DNA from: Candidatus Latescibacterota bacterium
Lineage (GTDB): Bacteria; Latescibacterota; UBA2968; UBA8231
Assembly: GCA_965203355.1 (NCBI GenBank)
Contig: OZ241889.1
Span: 3,008,001-3,072,000, forward strand
Reading direction: 5' to 3'
DNA length: 64,000 nucleotides
Part shown: piece after piece, positions 10,235 to 19,340 of the stretch
How positions within the stretch are numbered: the first letter of the stretch is position 1
Layout: each line of letters opens with the position of its first letter
Program-made: the position numbers and the translations under genes
The notes under the pieces: model-generated
What the model saw: the letters and a program-made list of their open reading frames with translations, nothing else
The model's database searches: none
What the model was told of the DNA's origin: nothing

Positions 10235-10879
10235 TCACCGACGCCAAGCCGCTTTCAGGCTACCCCAGCCAGTTGGGGCGACCACACTGGCGGTATCCAC
10301 GCGGCGGAATTCCATGGTCTCGACCCCGAGCTCATCTACCGTAGTCAGTAACAGCGTGTCCCCCTCAATGGCATACGTGCCCATCCCCCCATCGAATTCA
10401 GCGAGCAGCCGTTCCTCCGAAAACCCAGCGAGCAACTCGTCGATCACCTGTTTTTCAAACGCCGGGTAGGCATCGTCCGAGATTCCGGTCAAATCCGCGG
10501 TCCAACGGGCCAAGCCGCGGCCGAATTGGGTCAGGACTTCGGCTAAGTCTTGGCTCTGGTCATTGACTAGCAACTCGAAGTCGGTTATGTCAGTCCACAG
10601 GCTATCGCCTTCAACGCTGTAGGTGCCGGTGGCGCGAATGTCGAGCCGCTCGATAGCGGTTATGTCCGCTCCCTCAGCACCCAATAGATCTTCTTTCACC
10701 TGAATGACTTGATCGATCGCACAGACACCATCCGCTTGGAAGGTCATATGAACGGTGATCTCGCCGATCTCATCATCGACGAAGTGCCCCTTCCAAGTGC
10801 CGTAGAGCAATTCTTCTTGGGCGGCGAGCGGCAGGGCGATCAGGCAAAAAGCCGCGATAGACAACAGAAGTTGGTGCAT
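10235..10879 (-). CDS. Secreted hypothetical protein with C-terminal 'TGWGSLK' motif
   Basis: 214 aa; signal peptide (PLAA-QEE); RBS AAGGAG; ends SVVAPTGWGSLKAAWRR. Confidence 0.7.
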   Translation of the reverse strand: MHQLLLSIAAFCLIALPLAAQEELLYGTWKGHFVDDEIGEITVHMTFQADGVCAIDQVIQVKEDLLGAEGADITAIERLDIRATGTYSVEGDSLWTDITDFELLVNDQSQDLAEVLTQFGRGLARWTADLTGISDDAYPAFEKQVIDELLAGFSEERLLAEFDGGMGTYAIEGDTLLLTTVDELGVETMEFRRVDTASVVAPTGWGSLKAAWRR

Positions 10880-11093
10880 GACGATCTCCTTTTAACAGAG
10901 TAAAGAACAGGACGACAAACCGCGCTAAGAGTACTCCAAGACAGCATGTGCTGCAAAGTAGCCCAGAGTCCGGCGGCGGCGACCCGCTCTCAGTTGACTA
11001 GGTAAAAACCAGACGCTGCTACCCGTCTTCGGTTCCACGTCCCCCATCCACAGGCGTCCCATTACACGCGGGAAACCGTCTCACAAAGAGTCC

Positions 11094-11138
11094 TTGACTT
11101 ATTGCATCAATAGTGTTCTATTTATGTAGAACACTATT
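11094..11138 (+). promoter_or_regulatory. Sigma70-like promoter overlapped by a YtrA/GntR-type operator palindrome
   Basis: TTGACT at 11094-11099; perfect 12-bp inverted repeat AATAGTGTTCTA (11109-11120) / TAGAACACTATT (11127-11138), resembling the AGTGTA..TACACT YtrA box, directly upstream of the GntR gene. Confidence 0.75.
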
Positions 11139-11176
11139 ACAATGGGACAAAACATAATTTAGGAAGGAGCGAGAAG

Positions 11177-11548
11177 ATGCCGATCGATTTCGACCCCACT
11201 CGCCCCATCTATCTGCAGATCATCGAGGCGGTGAAAAAGCGCACCGTCCAAGGGATCTATCAAGCCGGCGGCCCTTTGCCGTCGGTGCGGGAAATGGCCA
11301 AGGAAATGGGCGTTAATCCCAATACCATGTCCAGAGCCTACATGGCACTGGAGCAAGAAGGATTCATAACCACGCGCCGCGGCCAAGGATCGTCGATAAC
11401 AGAGAGTGCCAAACGCATTGACCGCGAGCGCCGTGCCCTAGCCGAAGCGGCGCGCGACCGCTTTGTCGCAGCGATCCACGACTTGGCACTCTCACGCGAG
11501 CAGATCGACGACCTGCTGCGCGAAATTTCAGCGGAGGTGACGCTATGA
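11177..11548 (+). CDS. GntR family regulator, YtrA subfamily
   Basis: 123 aa; PIYLQI, LPSVREMA, VNPNT..RAY..LE and RRGQGS motifs; short C-terminal domain. Confidence 0.92.
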   Translation: MPIDFDPTRPIYLQIIEAVKKRTVQGIYQAGGPLPSVREMAKEMGVNPNTMSRAYMALEQEGFITTRRGQGSSITESAKRIDRERRALAEAARDRFVAAIHDLALSREQIDDLLREISAEVTL

Positions 11549-12234
11549 TAGAAATAAAGAACCTGTGGAAGCGGTACCCTAATGCGACGGCCTTGAGGGG
11601 TATCTCCCTAACGGTCGAAAAGGGGCGGGTAATGGGCATTCTCGGCGAAAATGGGAGCGGCAAGAGCACGCTGTTCAAAATCCTCGCCGACGTCGCCCAC
11701 GCCAGCGAAGGCAGCGCGAGCATCTCGGGCTACCCCGTTGGGATCCAAACGCGCCGCATCACTTCGTACCTGCCCGAGGTCAGCCCGTTTTACGACTGGA
11801 TGTCCGTCAGCGAACAACTCGAATTTCTAGCCGCGTTCTTTCCGGGCTGGGACATGGACAAGTCCCGCGAGTTGCTCGGCCTGATGAACGTCGATAGCCA
11901 CCGGAAAATCGGCACCCTGTCCGATGGTCAGCGGGCGCGGCTAAAGGTAGTAGCCGCCTTTTCGTGGCCTAGCGAACTGGTGCTCATGGACGAGCCGCTC
12001 GGACGGATCGATCCGCCATCGCGCCGGCGCATCTTGGCGATCTTGCTGCGTGAGTTTCGCGTCGGGGAGCAGACGATTCTGATCTCGACCCATCTCGTCA
12101 GCGAAGTGGAAGAGCTGATAGAAGAAGTAGCTTTCTTGCGCCACGGCGAGATCGCAGTCAGCGGCAACATCGAAGAATTACGGCAAAGTCGCGGCATGTC
12201 GCTCAACGACATTTTCGAGGAGGTGGTAACGTGA
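11545..12234 (+). CDS. ABC transporter ATP-binding protein (YtrB-like)
   Basis: GENGSGKS, LSDGQ, LMDEP and ISTH motifs; ATGA overlap with GntR. Confidence 0.92.
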   Translation: MIEIKNLWKRYPNATALRGISLTVEKGRVMGILGENGSGKSTLFKILADVAHASEGSASISGYPVGIQTRRITSYLPEVSPFYDWMSVSEQLEFLAAFFPGWDMDKSRELLGLMNVDSHRKIGTLSDGQRARLKVVAAFSWPSELVLMDEPLGRIDPPSRRRILAILLREFRVGEQTILISTHLVSEVEELIEEVAFLRHGEIAVSGNIEELRQSRGMSLNDIFEEVVT

Positions 12235-13037
12235 ATACTTGGAAGACGCTGTACCTAAAGGAAATAAAAGACAACCGCACGCTGTTCCTCGTGCTGGTGG
12301 CGATGACGGTTTTTCTGGAGATCGTTGCGGTATGGTCGATAGGAGCCAACGTCGCCCGGTGGTCGCCCGATATGCAGTGGAAAGACTTCTCGCCCCACTT
12401 CCTGTGGAGTGTGGTACCTTACGGGTTGCTACTGATTTTGCCCTTCTTGCTCAGCCACTCATTTGCCCAAGAGGTAAAAGGACAGACCCATTATTTGCTC
12501 CTCTCCCTGCCGGTATCGCGCACGCAAATCTTCGCGGCCAAAGCGGCAACCGTGGCGACGCTCGGCCTCGTCTTATTCACGCTGAGCAGTGCCGGTTTTA
12601 TCACCGTTGTCAGCGAATTGCGCGAGTTTGCAACTCGCGTGGATGGGATACGCATAGCCCCGTTCACCGCAATGGACATACTAGTTAGCAGCGGCGTGTT
12701 CTATCTGTCGGCGATGGCGGTGTTGCTGGGCCTTGCCGGTGGTATTGCCGGCCTGCGATTGGTGGTTCGGCGCTTTGCCGGCCTCGCGTCTGTGGCCTTC
12801 GCCATCGGCGTCCTGTACTGCTATTTCAGCACGTTGCCCGACGTGCTCTCCCTGCCTGAGTTGTTCGGCACGTACGAAGTACCGTTCTGGATCGCCTCCA
12901 CTTCTTCTGGCGCACAGATAGACATGAATTCGGATTCTATCCAGATCAGCTTCACGTTCCTCGCGTACTCGATCTTCGTCGGCCTAGCCGCCATGGGGAT
13001 CGGGATGTGGCTGTTTGAAAAGCGGGCCGAAGCCTAA
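12231..13037 (+). CDS. ABC-2 type permease
   Basis: About six hydrophobic segments; LLSLPVSR..IF.AK motif; coupled to the ATPase. Confidence 0.85.
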   Translation: MNTWKTLYLKEIKDNRTLFLVLVAMTVFLEIVAVWSIGANVARWSPDMQWKDFSPHFLWSVVPYGLLLILPFLLSHSFAQEVKGQTHYLLLSLPVSRTQIFAAKAATVATLGLVLFTLSSAGFITVVSELREFATRVDGIRIAPFTAMDILVSSGVFYLSAMAVLLGLAGGIAGLRLVVRRFAGLASVAFAIGVLYCYFSTLPDVLSLPELFGTYEVPFWIASTSSGAQIDMNSDSIQISFTFLAYSIFVGLAAMGIGMWLFEKRAEA

Positions 13038-13927
13038 GTGAATAGCTTGCGCTCGGCCCACGTGCGGCGTTTGCGGCGGTGCAAGGCCACATCGTCGCGG
13101 TAGGCGTGGGGGTCGCGATCTAAGCCGGTCTCGCGGTCGAGGAAAAGCGGGAAGTCCGAGGCCGGGGGTTTGGCGTTGTGATAAGCGTTGGTGTAGGAAC
13201 GCATGATGATGCGCTGCTCGCGGTTGAGCGTCTCGAGCCAAGCGGGATCGGATTGGAGGCGGTCGGCTGGGGTGAGCCAAGCCGGGCAGTAGGCGTAGAA
13301 GATATTCTTGCGCACCACATCGCTCTCGTTTGGCTCGACGCGATGCCAGATGCTCGAGTGCATAAAGGTCATGGTGCCCTTGCGCAGGCAAACCACCCGC
13401 TCGCCCGGGATCGGCTGGTGGCTGTCGTACTCGTCGACGTATTGCTTGCGGTGGCTGCCGGGCAGAACCACTAAGTTGCCCATCTTGGCCCGTGGCAAGT
13501 CGGTCAGCCAGAAGCCGATCTTGATTTGCAGCGGCAAATCGGGCGAGAAGGTGCCGTATGGCACGGCGCGGGCCCCATCGGGATGCCAGATATTGTAGCG
13601 GTCGCCGCCCGGCGGACGAATGAAAAACTGGCTCTGGTGTAGCTTGAGCAATTCGCCGAAAAGGTCGTAGGCGTAGCCGATGTGGCGCGGGTGATCGATG
13701 AGCGCGGCAAAGGCGGGATCGCGCTCGACGATATTTTGGCAACCGAAGGTCTCCCGCTCGAGGTATTGGGGGCTGGATTGGCAAACGCGATCAACCGCGG
13801 CCGTAAGTTCGTCGATCGCCGCTTGGTCGAGGGCGTCTGGAAAAAAGAGGATGCCCTCGCGGTTGAAGGTTTCCCACTCGTCGTCGGTAAAGCCGGGCGG
13901 GGCGATGCGATAGGCAGCATCGGTCAT
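13034..13927 (-). CDS. Phytanoyl-CoA dioxygenase (PhyH) family protein
   Basis: WHPD, VLPGSH and IWH motifs. Confidence 0.9.
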   Translation of the reverse strand: MTDAAYRIAPPGFTDDEWETFNREGILFFPDALDQAAIDELTAAVDRVCQSSPQYLERETFGCQNIVERDPAFAALIDHPRHIGYAYDLFGELLKLHQSQFFIRPPGGDRYNIWHPDGARAVPYGTFSPDLPLQIKIGFWLTDLPRAKMGNLVVLPGSHRKQYVDEYDSHQPIPGERVVCLRKGTMTFMHSSIWHRVEPNESDVVRKNIFYAYCPAWLTPADRLQSDPAWLETLNREQRIIMRSYTNAYHNAKPPASDFPLFLDRETGLDRDPHAYRDDVALHRRKRRTWAERKLFT

Positions 13928-13978
13928 AGGGGCGGCTCCTGGGTGGGGTTAATTAGGATAGTCTTAACACGACAGTTA

Positions 13979-14770
13979 TTACGCCGCCGGCAAATTCCAA
14001 TTTTCGCACCCGGCAAAAGGCATGTGCTCTCCCTCGATGTACTGCGGCCGCGGTGCGTACTTGTTCCCTATTTTGGGTATCACCGCTCCCCGGCACATAA
14101 TGCAAGGACTACGATCCACCGTGACTTTGGTGCTGGTCGGAATGTAGCGCAGGGTAAGCCCGACCCGCCATTGGTCCGAAGTATTGGCATTGGAGCCGTG
14201 GATGATATTGGGGTGATGAATGGAAATATCCCCGGCCTCCAGCTCCAAATCAACGGCATCGGCCTCGTCGATCTGATCGGGGCGGATACCAACGCTAAGC
14301 ACGTACTGATCCGTATCCAGATCGATCATCTCACTGCGCTTGAGCAAACGCTTGGTGTGCGTCCCCGGCAAAACCCGCATACAGCCATTGGCCACCGTCG
14401 AGTCCGTGCCGGCCACCCACAGCGTGGTGACTTCCATCGGCGCCAAGGGCCAGTACGAGCCGTCCTGATGCCACTGCACGGCTTGGCCGGTGCTGGGTTT
14501 TTTGGCGATATAGTGCGCCGCGAACATGGCCACATTAGGCCCAAGGAATTGCGCCGCAATATCGACCAGCCGCTCGTCGGTGACTAGGCGGTGCATAAAG
14601 GGATCGTTCACCATCAGTTCGTGGTGTAGGCGCTCGGGCCGCGTCCCTGGATTCTTTTTGACCAACCAGTGGACGTGCGCCACGGTCTCGGCAGCCAATT
14701 CCGCATCAATAGCCTTGCGGGCGATGCAAAAGCCCTGCTCATCGTATGCTTGGCGTAGTGTCGTTTCCAT
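13979..14770 (-). CDS. Phytanoyl-CoA dioxygenase (PhyH) family protein
   Basis: WHQDGSYW, NGCMRVLPGTH and IIHGSNAN.S..WR motifs. Confidence 0.9.
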   Translation of the reverse strand: METTLRQAYDEQGFCIARKAIDAELAAETVAHVHWLVKKNPGTRPERLHHELMVNDPFMHRLVTDERLVDIAAQFLGPNVAMFAAHYIAKKPSTGQAVQWHQDGSYWPLAPMEVTTLWVAGTDSTVANGCMRVLPGTHTKRLLKRSEMIDLDTDQYVLSVGIRPDQIDEADAVDLELEAGDISIHHPNIIHGSNANTSDQWRVGLTLRYIPTSTKVTVDRSPCIMCRGAVIPKIGNKYAPRPQYIEGEHMPFAGCENWNLPAA

Positions 14771-15155
14771 CTGTTCTCTTGTCCTTCTACGATAAAATTA
14801 CTTTGTGCAAAATAGACAATAAATAGACTCACCGCACAATGTCGGCTCACCGCAAGAGCCCGTCTTGCCCCGCCTGTACTATCCGCGCCGCCCTAAGAAT
14901 CTCAACGGCGGCAAGCCCGATCTGGGAGCCTGCGTCGGTCCCTTTTTCGCTCACGCCGCCTTGTCGCTAGACCGCCATCCGCCATATCGAATCGAGTTAA
15001 GAGAGGCAGCGGCCTATGGAGTAATTTGCTGCTGGGCGATCCGCTGCTAGCCAGCATCTATGTCTTGGCGCAACATGTAATTGATGTTAGCTTTTATCCG
15101 AAGTCGGCACGATGAATGAATGCTTGGAGCGACTCAACACAAAGGAGACCGAGCC

Positions 15156-15812
15156 ATGCCCGAACCCATAACGCAAGCCCAAGATCACGACCGCCGTATT
15201 GGACGGTTAGAAGGCATCGCCGAGCAATTAACCCCCCGCCTTGCCAGCATGGAGCGAACCATCACTGAGCAGGGACGGCAACTCGACGAGCGAATCACCG
15301 AACAAGGAAGACATCTCGACGAGCGAATCACCGAGCAAGGACAGCAACTGCGGCAAGAAATCACCGAACAAGGAAGACATCTCGACGAGCGAATCACCGA
15401 ACAGGGACAGCAACTGCGGCAAGAAATCACCGAACAAGGAAGACATCTCGACGAGCGAATCACCGAGCAAGGACAGCAACTGCGGCAAGAAATCGCCGAA
15501 CAAGGAAGGCATCTCGACGAGCGAATCACCGAGCAAGGACAGCAACTCAGACAAGAAATCACCGAACAAGGAAGACATCTCGACGAGCGAATCACCGAAC
15601 AGGGACGGCAATTCGACGAGCGAATCACCGAGCAAGGACGGCAACTCGACGAGCGAATCACCGAACAGGGACGGCAACTGCGACAAGAAATCGCCGAGCA
15701 AGGACGTGCAACCAACACTCGCTTAGAGGCTCTCAACCACCGCATCTTGTGGGCTATTGGAACGCAAATCGCGCTTATGGGCTTGCTCTTCGCCGCCCTG
15801 AAACTGACCTAA
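15156..15812 (+). CDS. Membrane-anchored coiled-coil protein with hendecad repeats (DUF1640/CCDC90-like architecture)
   Basis: ATG at 15156 after AAGGAG; 13+ ITEQGxxLxxx repeats; C-terminal hydrophobic anchor ILWAIGTQIALMGLLFAALK. Confidence 0.75.
   Translation: MPEPITQAQDHDRRIGRLEGIAEQLTPRLASMERTITEQGRQLDERITEQGRHLDERITEQGQQLRQEITEQGRHLDERITEQGQQLRQEITEQGRHLDERITEQGQQLRQEIAEQGRHLDERITEQGQQLRQEITEQGRHLDERITEQGRQFDERITEQGRQLDERITEQGRQLRQEIAEQGRATNTRLEALNHRILWAIGTQIALMGLLFAALKLT
15261..15707 (+). repeat. 33-bp coding tandem repeat, 13 full units plus a partial, with 66-bp higher-order alternation
   Basis: Units start ATC(A/G)C(C/T)GA(A/G)CA(A/G)G; they alternate between ...CTCGACGAGCGA and ...CTGCGGCAAGAA type endings. 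Confidence 0.95.
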
Positions 15813-15843
15813 TCGCCCGGCCGCTTAACTTAGCAACGAAGCA

Positions 15844-17370
15844 ATGAAACAAAGCGATCTTGAACTCGAAGTGACCAATTTCGGGCCGATCGTCAAGGCC
15901 AAGATTGGTCTGCGTCCACTGACCGTATTCGTCGGTCCGAGCAACACGGGGAAGTCCTATCTAGCGATCCTGATCTATGCGCTACATCGGTTTTTCAGTG
16001 GCTTTTCGACTTATAGGCACTTCAGGGAGCTTGAACACCAGAAACTATCCGAGACAACCATTGAAGCTATTAGTGAATGGGCCCAGCAGACGCTGGCGGA
16101 CAATACGGTCGAAAAGAGCCTTGTTCTACCCGAGTTGATAGTAGATGAGATTTATTCCGTATTACATATGCAGGGCAACCTATTAGGTCGTGAAATTAAC
16201 CGGTGTTTCGGTATTGACGAAAATGATCAGCTAAAGCTAATCCGCAAAGGAAGTAGGAGTGGCGCACACTTTGTATTGCGCAGTCGTGTCGCAAACGGTT
16301 CGGCATCCTTAAAGCACAGATTGACTCTCAAAGCGCAGGGAACTGTATTCGAGCCGACGCCCTCCCTAGGAACATCGCTACAGGTCGAGACTAAGGGGGG
16401 AGACAGGTGGAGGGAGTATTTACGCCACCTTGTCGAAGACTTGGTTCCACAAGCTCGCCGAGAAGAGCGGGATTATTATTTAGGGGGACTAATAGAACCC
16501 CTGACCTCTCTCGCCCTGCCTCAACTAGTCGGTCCTCTATATCGTCCAGCGTTCTATCTTCCTGCCGACCGCACCGGCGTGATGCACGCGCACAGAGTGG
16601 TAGTCAGTGCGATGATCGGCAGCGCACCAATGGCAGGTCTGCGTCCGGCTGCCGGCACTCCTATGCTTTCAGGAGTTCTGGCGGATTTCCTCCAACAGTT
16701 GGTTGAACTCGATTCTCCGCCGTATTGGCGAGCCAGGCCTAGATTCGATCCTTCGGCGGGTCGGCGAGCCAGATCTCAAGGCGATTTCGGTACGAAACTC
16801 GAAGACGCCCTGCTCGGCGGGTCGGTTCGCGTCAATAGATCGGAGACGATTAGCTACCCGCATTTCACCTACCAACCCAAGGGATGGAAGACCTCCTTAC
16901 CTCTTATGAATGCCTCGTCCATGGTGTCGGAGCTCGCGCCAGTGGTGCTCTATTTGCGCCACATGGTCAGCCCCGACGATGTGCTGATCATCGAGGAGCC
17001 AGAATCGCATCTGCATCCGGCCATGCAGGTCGAATTCACCCGACAACTCGCCGCGCTCATTCACGCAGGTATCCGAGTGATCATCACCACGCACAGCGAT
17101 TGGGTACTGGAGACGCTCGCCAATCTGGTGCGCCGGTCCGCGCTTCCCAAAGCGCAGAGACAAGGGGATTTGGTACTGAGTCACAACCAAGTGGGAGCAT
17201 GGCTGTTCAAGCAGCAAAAGGCCCCCAAGGCCAAGGGATCTGTCGTAGAAGAAATTCGCTTCGACCCAGATGCGGGCGGGTTGGAAAGCGGTTATAGTGA
17301 GGTCGCCGAACAGCTCTACAACGAGTGGGCCGACATTGGGAATCAGATTACAGAAAGTAACGAACAATGA
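15844..17370 (+). CDS. ABC-type (AAA_15/AAA_21) ATPase of putative defence/TA type
   Basis: 508 aa; NFGPI, GPSNTGKS, YLPADRTG, IIEEPESHLHP and TTHS motifs. Confidence 0.85.
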   Translation: MKQSDLELEVTNFGPIVKAKIGLRPLTVFVGPSNTGKSYLAILIYALHRFFSGFSTYRHFRELEHQKLSETTIEAISEWAQQTLADNTVEKSLVLPELIVDEIYSVLHMQGNLLGREINRCFGIDENDQLKLIRKGSRSGAHFVLRSRVANGSASLKHRLTLKAQGTVFEPTPSLGTSLQVETKGGDRWREYLRHLVEDLVPQARREERDYYLGGLIEPLTSLALPQLVGPLYRPAFYLPADRTGVMHAHRVVVSAMIGSAPMAGLRPAAGTPMLSGVLADFLQQLVELDSPPYWRARPRFDPSAGRRARSQGDFGTKLEDALLGGSVRVNRSETISYPHFTYQPKGWKTSLPLMNASSMVSELAPVVLYLRHMVSPDDVLIIEEPESHLHPAMQVEFTRQLAALIHAGIRVIITTHSDWVLETLANLVRRSALPKAQRQGDLVLSHNQVGAWLFKQQKAPKAKGSVVEEIRFDPDAGGLESGYSEVAEQLYNEWADIGNQITESNEQ

Positions 17371-17834
17371 GTAGTCCAATCGAATGGCTGCAGGGTGAAA
17401 TTCCCCCGGGAGCTATCGTCAGCAAATGTGCGAAAGAAGGCTGCGCCGTGTCGCTGAGAAAGGCCCCATCGCCCTGTTGGATCCTCAATATGGATCACTC
17501 CGGTTGGGGGCTAGCCAATCAGAGCCATTGTGACTTTCTGTTCATCAGTTGCAACGGCGCGGGAAAAACCAACTGGGTCGTACCGCTGGAATTAAAAAAG
17601 GGCAGCCCCAACGCAACTGAGATGGTAAGGCAACTACAGGCTGGAGCAAATTTCGTCCAAGCCAAGATGTCCACACAACACAGAACGCGGTTTTTACCGG
17701 TGGGTGTCTATGGAGGCAACCTTAAAGCTCTACAAAAAAAGAAGCTCAGGCAGGCGCGAATCTTGTTTCGTCAAATGAAGTATGAAATCAAACTCATTCG
17801 CTGTGGCAAGCCGCTCAAAGAGGTCCTTTCTTGA
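17367..17834 (+). CDS. Small partner protein, PD-(D/E)xK-like fold suspected
   Basis: 155 aa; ATGA overlap with the ATPase; HCDFLFI...VPLELKKG...QLQAG motif. Confidence 0.6.
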   Translation: MSSPIEWLQGEIPPGAIVSKCAKEGCAVSLRKAPSPCWILNMDHSGWGLANQSHCDFLFISCNGAGKTNWVVPLELKKGSPNATEMVRQLQAGANFVQAKMSTQHRTRFLPVGVYGGNLKALQKKKLRQARILFRQMKYEIKLIRCGKPLKEVLS

Positions 17835-17942
17835 ACGCAACCCTCTACATCCCTAGCCCAAGCTCATCGAGTTTGCTTCCTATCCGAAAAGGGTCCAGAT
17901 AGCCAGCGCACGCGTAGGCTCTCGAACCATGAACTAGGAATC

Positions 17943-19055
17943 ATGCCCAACTACTGTCCCGCCCCTCGCGACTGGCAACGCCGCAGCCCCACTCAAGCTG
18001 GCTTTGACGCCGACAAACTGGCCACGGCGTTGGCTTTCGCCCAGACCCAAGAAATCCAGGCATCTGCCAATTTGGCCGACATGCTGCCCAAGGGCGACCG
18101 CCACCCCAATGACCGCCCCTTAGGCCCGCTCAAAAAACGCAGCCCCACAGCCGGCCTGATCGTACGGCAAGGGTATCTGATCGCCACCTTTGGCCCAGTC
18201 GATAGTGTCGAAGTCACCTTCAGTTGCGCTAAGAGCTATATCTCGGCACTGGCTGGAGTGGCCTTTGACCAAGGGCTAATCCGCGACCTCGACGAACCCG
18301 TCGGCCGCACGGTCTTGGATGGCGGCTTTGACGCTCCGCAAAACCAGCCCATCACTTGGCGTCATTTGCTGCAACAAACCAGCGAGTGGCAAGGCGAACT
18401 ATTCGGCGTCCCCGATTGGATCGACCGCGGTCGCCAGCTAGGCCAAGGGGCGACCGAAGCCACGGTGGGCGGCACGGCTTCTAGCGCCGACAACTACCGC
18501 TCCCTCGAACCGCCCGGCACCTTTTGGGAGTACAACGACGTGCGCGTCAACCGCACAGCCCTCAGCCTGTTGCGCCTTTTTCGCAGCCCCTTACCGCCAG
18601 TGCTCAAAGAGCGCATAATGGACCCCATTGGGGCCTCTTCCACTTGGGAATGGCACGGGTACGAAACCTCTTGGGTCGAAGAAAGCGGCCAAAAGGTCCA
18701 ATCCGTATCCGGCGGCACGCACTGGGGCGGTGGTCTGTGGATCACCACCTATGATCACGCTCGCTTTGGCCTGCTTTTCCAGCGGCGAGGGCGCTGGAAC
18801 GGTCGCCAACTTCTATCCGAACAGTGGATGGCCCATGCCCTCACCCCCTGCTCCATCAAGCCCGAATACGGCTTCCTGTGGTGGCTCAACCATCAGCACA
18901 GCATATCCGATCGGGCCTGTCTTGACAGCTTTGCCGCGCGCGGAGCTGGCGGCAACATCGTCTTCGTCGAGCCGGAGCGCGAGTTAGTCATCGTCCTGCG
19001 TTGGTGCGGCAACGCCAAAGCCGTAATCGACCGCGTCCTCGCCAGTGAAGTTTGA
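17943..19055 (+). CDS. Serine hydrolase, beta-lactamase class C-like family
   Basis: SxxK (SCAK), ITWRHLLQQTS, WEYND and YGFLWWLN motifs. Confidence 0.88.
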   Translation: MPNYCPAPRDWQRRSPTQAGFDADKLATALAFAQTQEIQASANLADMLPKGDRHPNDRPLGPLKKRSPTAGLIVRQGYLIATFGPVDSVEVTFSCAKSYISALAGVAFDQGLIRDLDEPVGRTVLDGGFDAPQNQPITWRHLLQQTSEWQGELFGVPDWIDRGRQLGQGATEATVGGTASSADNYRSLEPPGTFWEYNDVRVNRTALSLLRLFRSPLPPVLKERIMDPIGASSTWEWHGYETSWVEESGQKVQSVSGGTHWGGGLWITTYDHARFGLLFQRRGRWNGRQLLSEQWMAHALTPCSIKPEYGFLWWLNHQHSISDRACLDSFAARGAGGNIVFVEPERELVIVLRWCGNAKAVIDRVLASEV

Positions 19056-19340
19056 AAATTCAACGCGATTTGGGCCGATTGCCTAATTCAGTGCAGAACG
19101 CGAAGTAACCGAAAAACTTCGTCCGCTTTTTCGCTCAAACTGAACACCGAACGCGCCCCCGATCCATTTCAATCGCGCCTATTCGCTTCTGGCTGGTTGG
19201 ATGCGGCATTCACTCGCCATTGCACCGGGTCAAGGCCGGGCGATTCTTGGCCGATCAGGATTCATTTGATAGTGGCGCAAAACAGGGGCCGTTATAGCGG
19301 GGACGGATGAAGCGACCGTCGATCGCGATGCAATAAAGAC

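Noticed and set aside
10987-11003. Exact 17-bp match CTCTCAGTTGACTAGGT, also at 42998-43014 at the edge of the R-M cassette
   Set aside because: One 17-mer match within 64 kb is not very improbable. There is no integrase or tRNA, and the 32 kb between the copies is mostly host-like, so I cannot support an att-site call.
14780-15150. Short ORFs 14865-15050 and neighbours
   Set aside because: No RBS or family motif; probably promoter region or unrecognisable decay.
15261-15707. 33-bp periodic repeats as a CRISPR array
   Set aside because: The units are contiguous with no unique spacers, keep one reading frame and have no cas genes nearby; this is a coding tandem repeat.
19056-19340. 285-bp intergenic region as an ncRNA or gene remnant
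   Set aside because: No recognisable RNA family motif, strong hairpin or convincing protein motif by eye; an Rfam/tBLASTx search would be needed.
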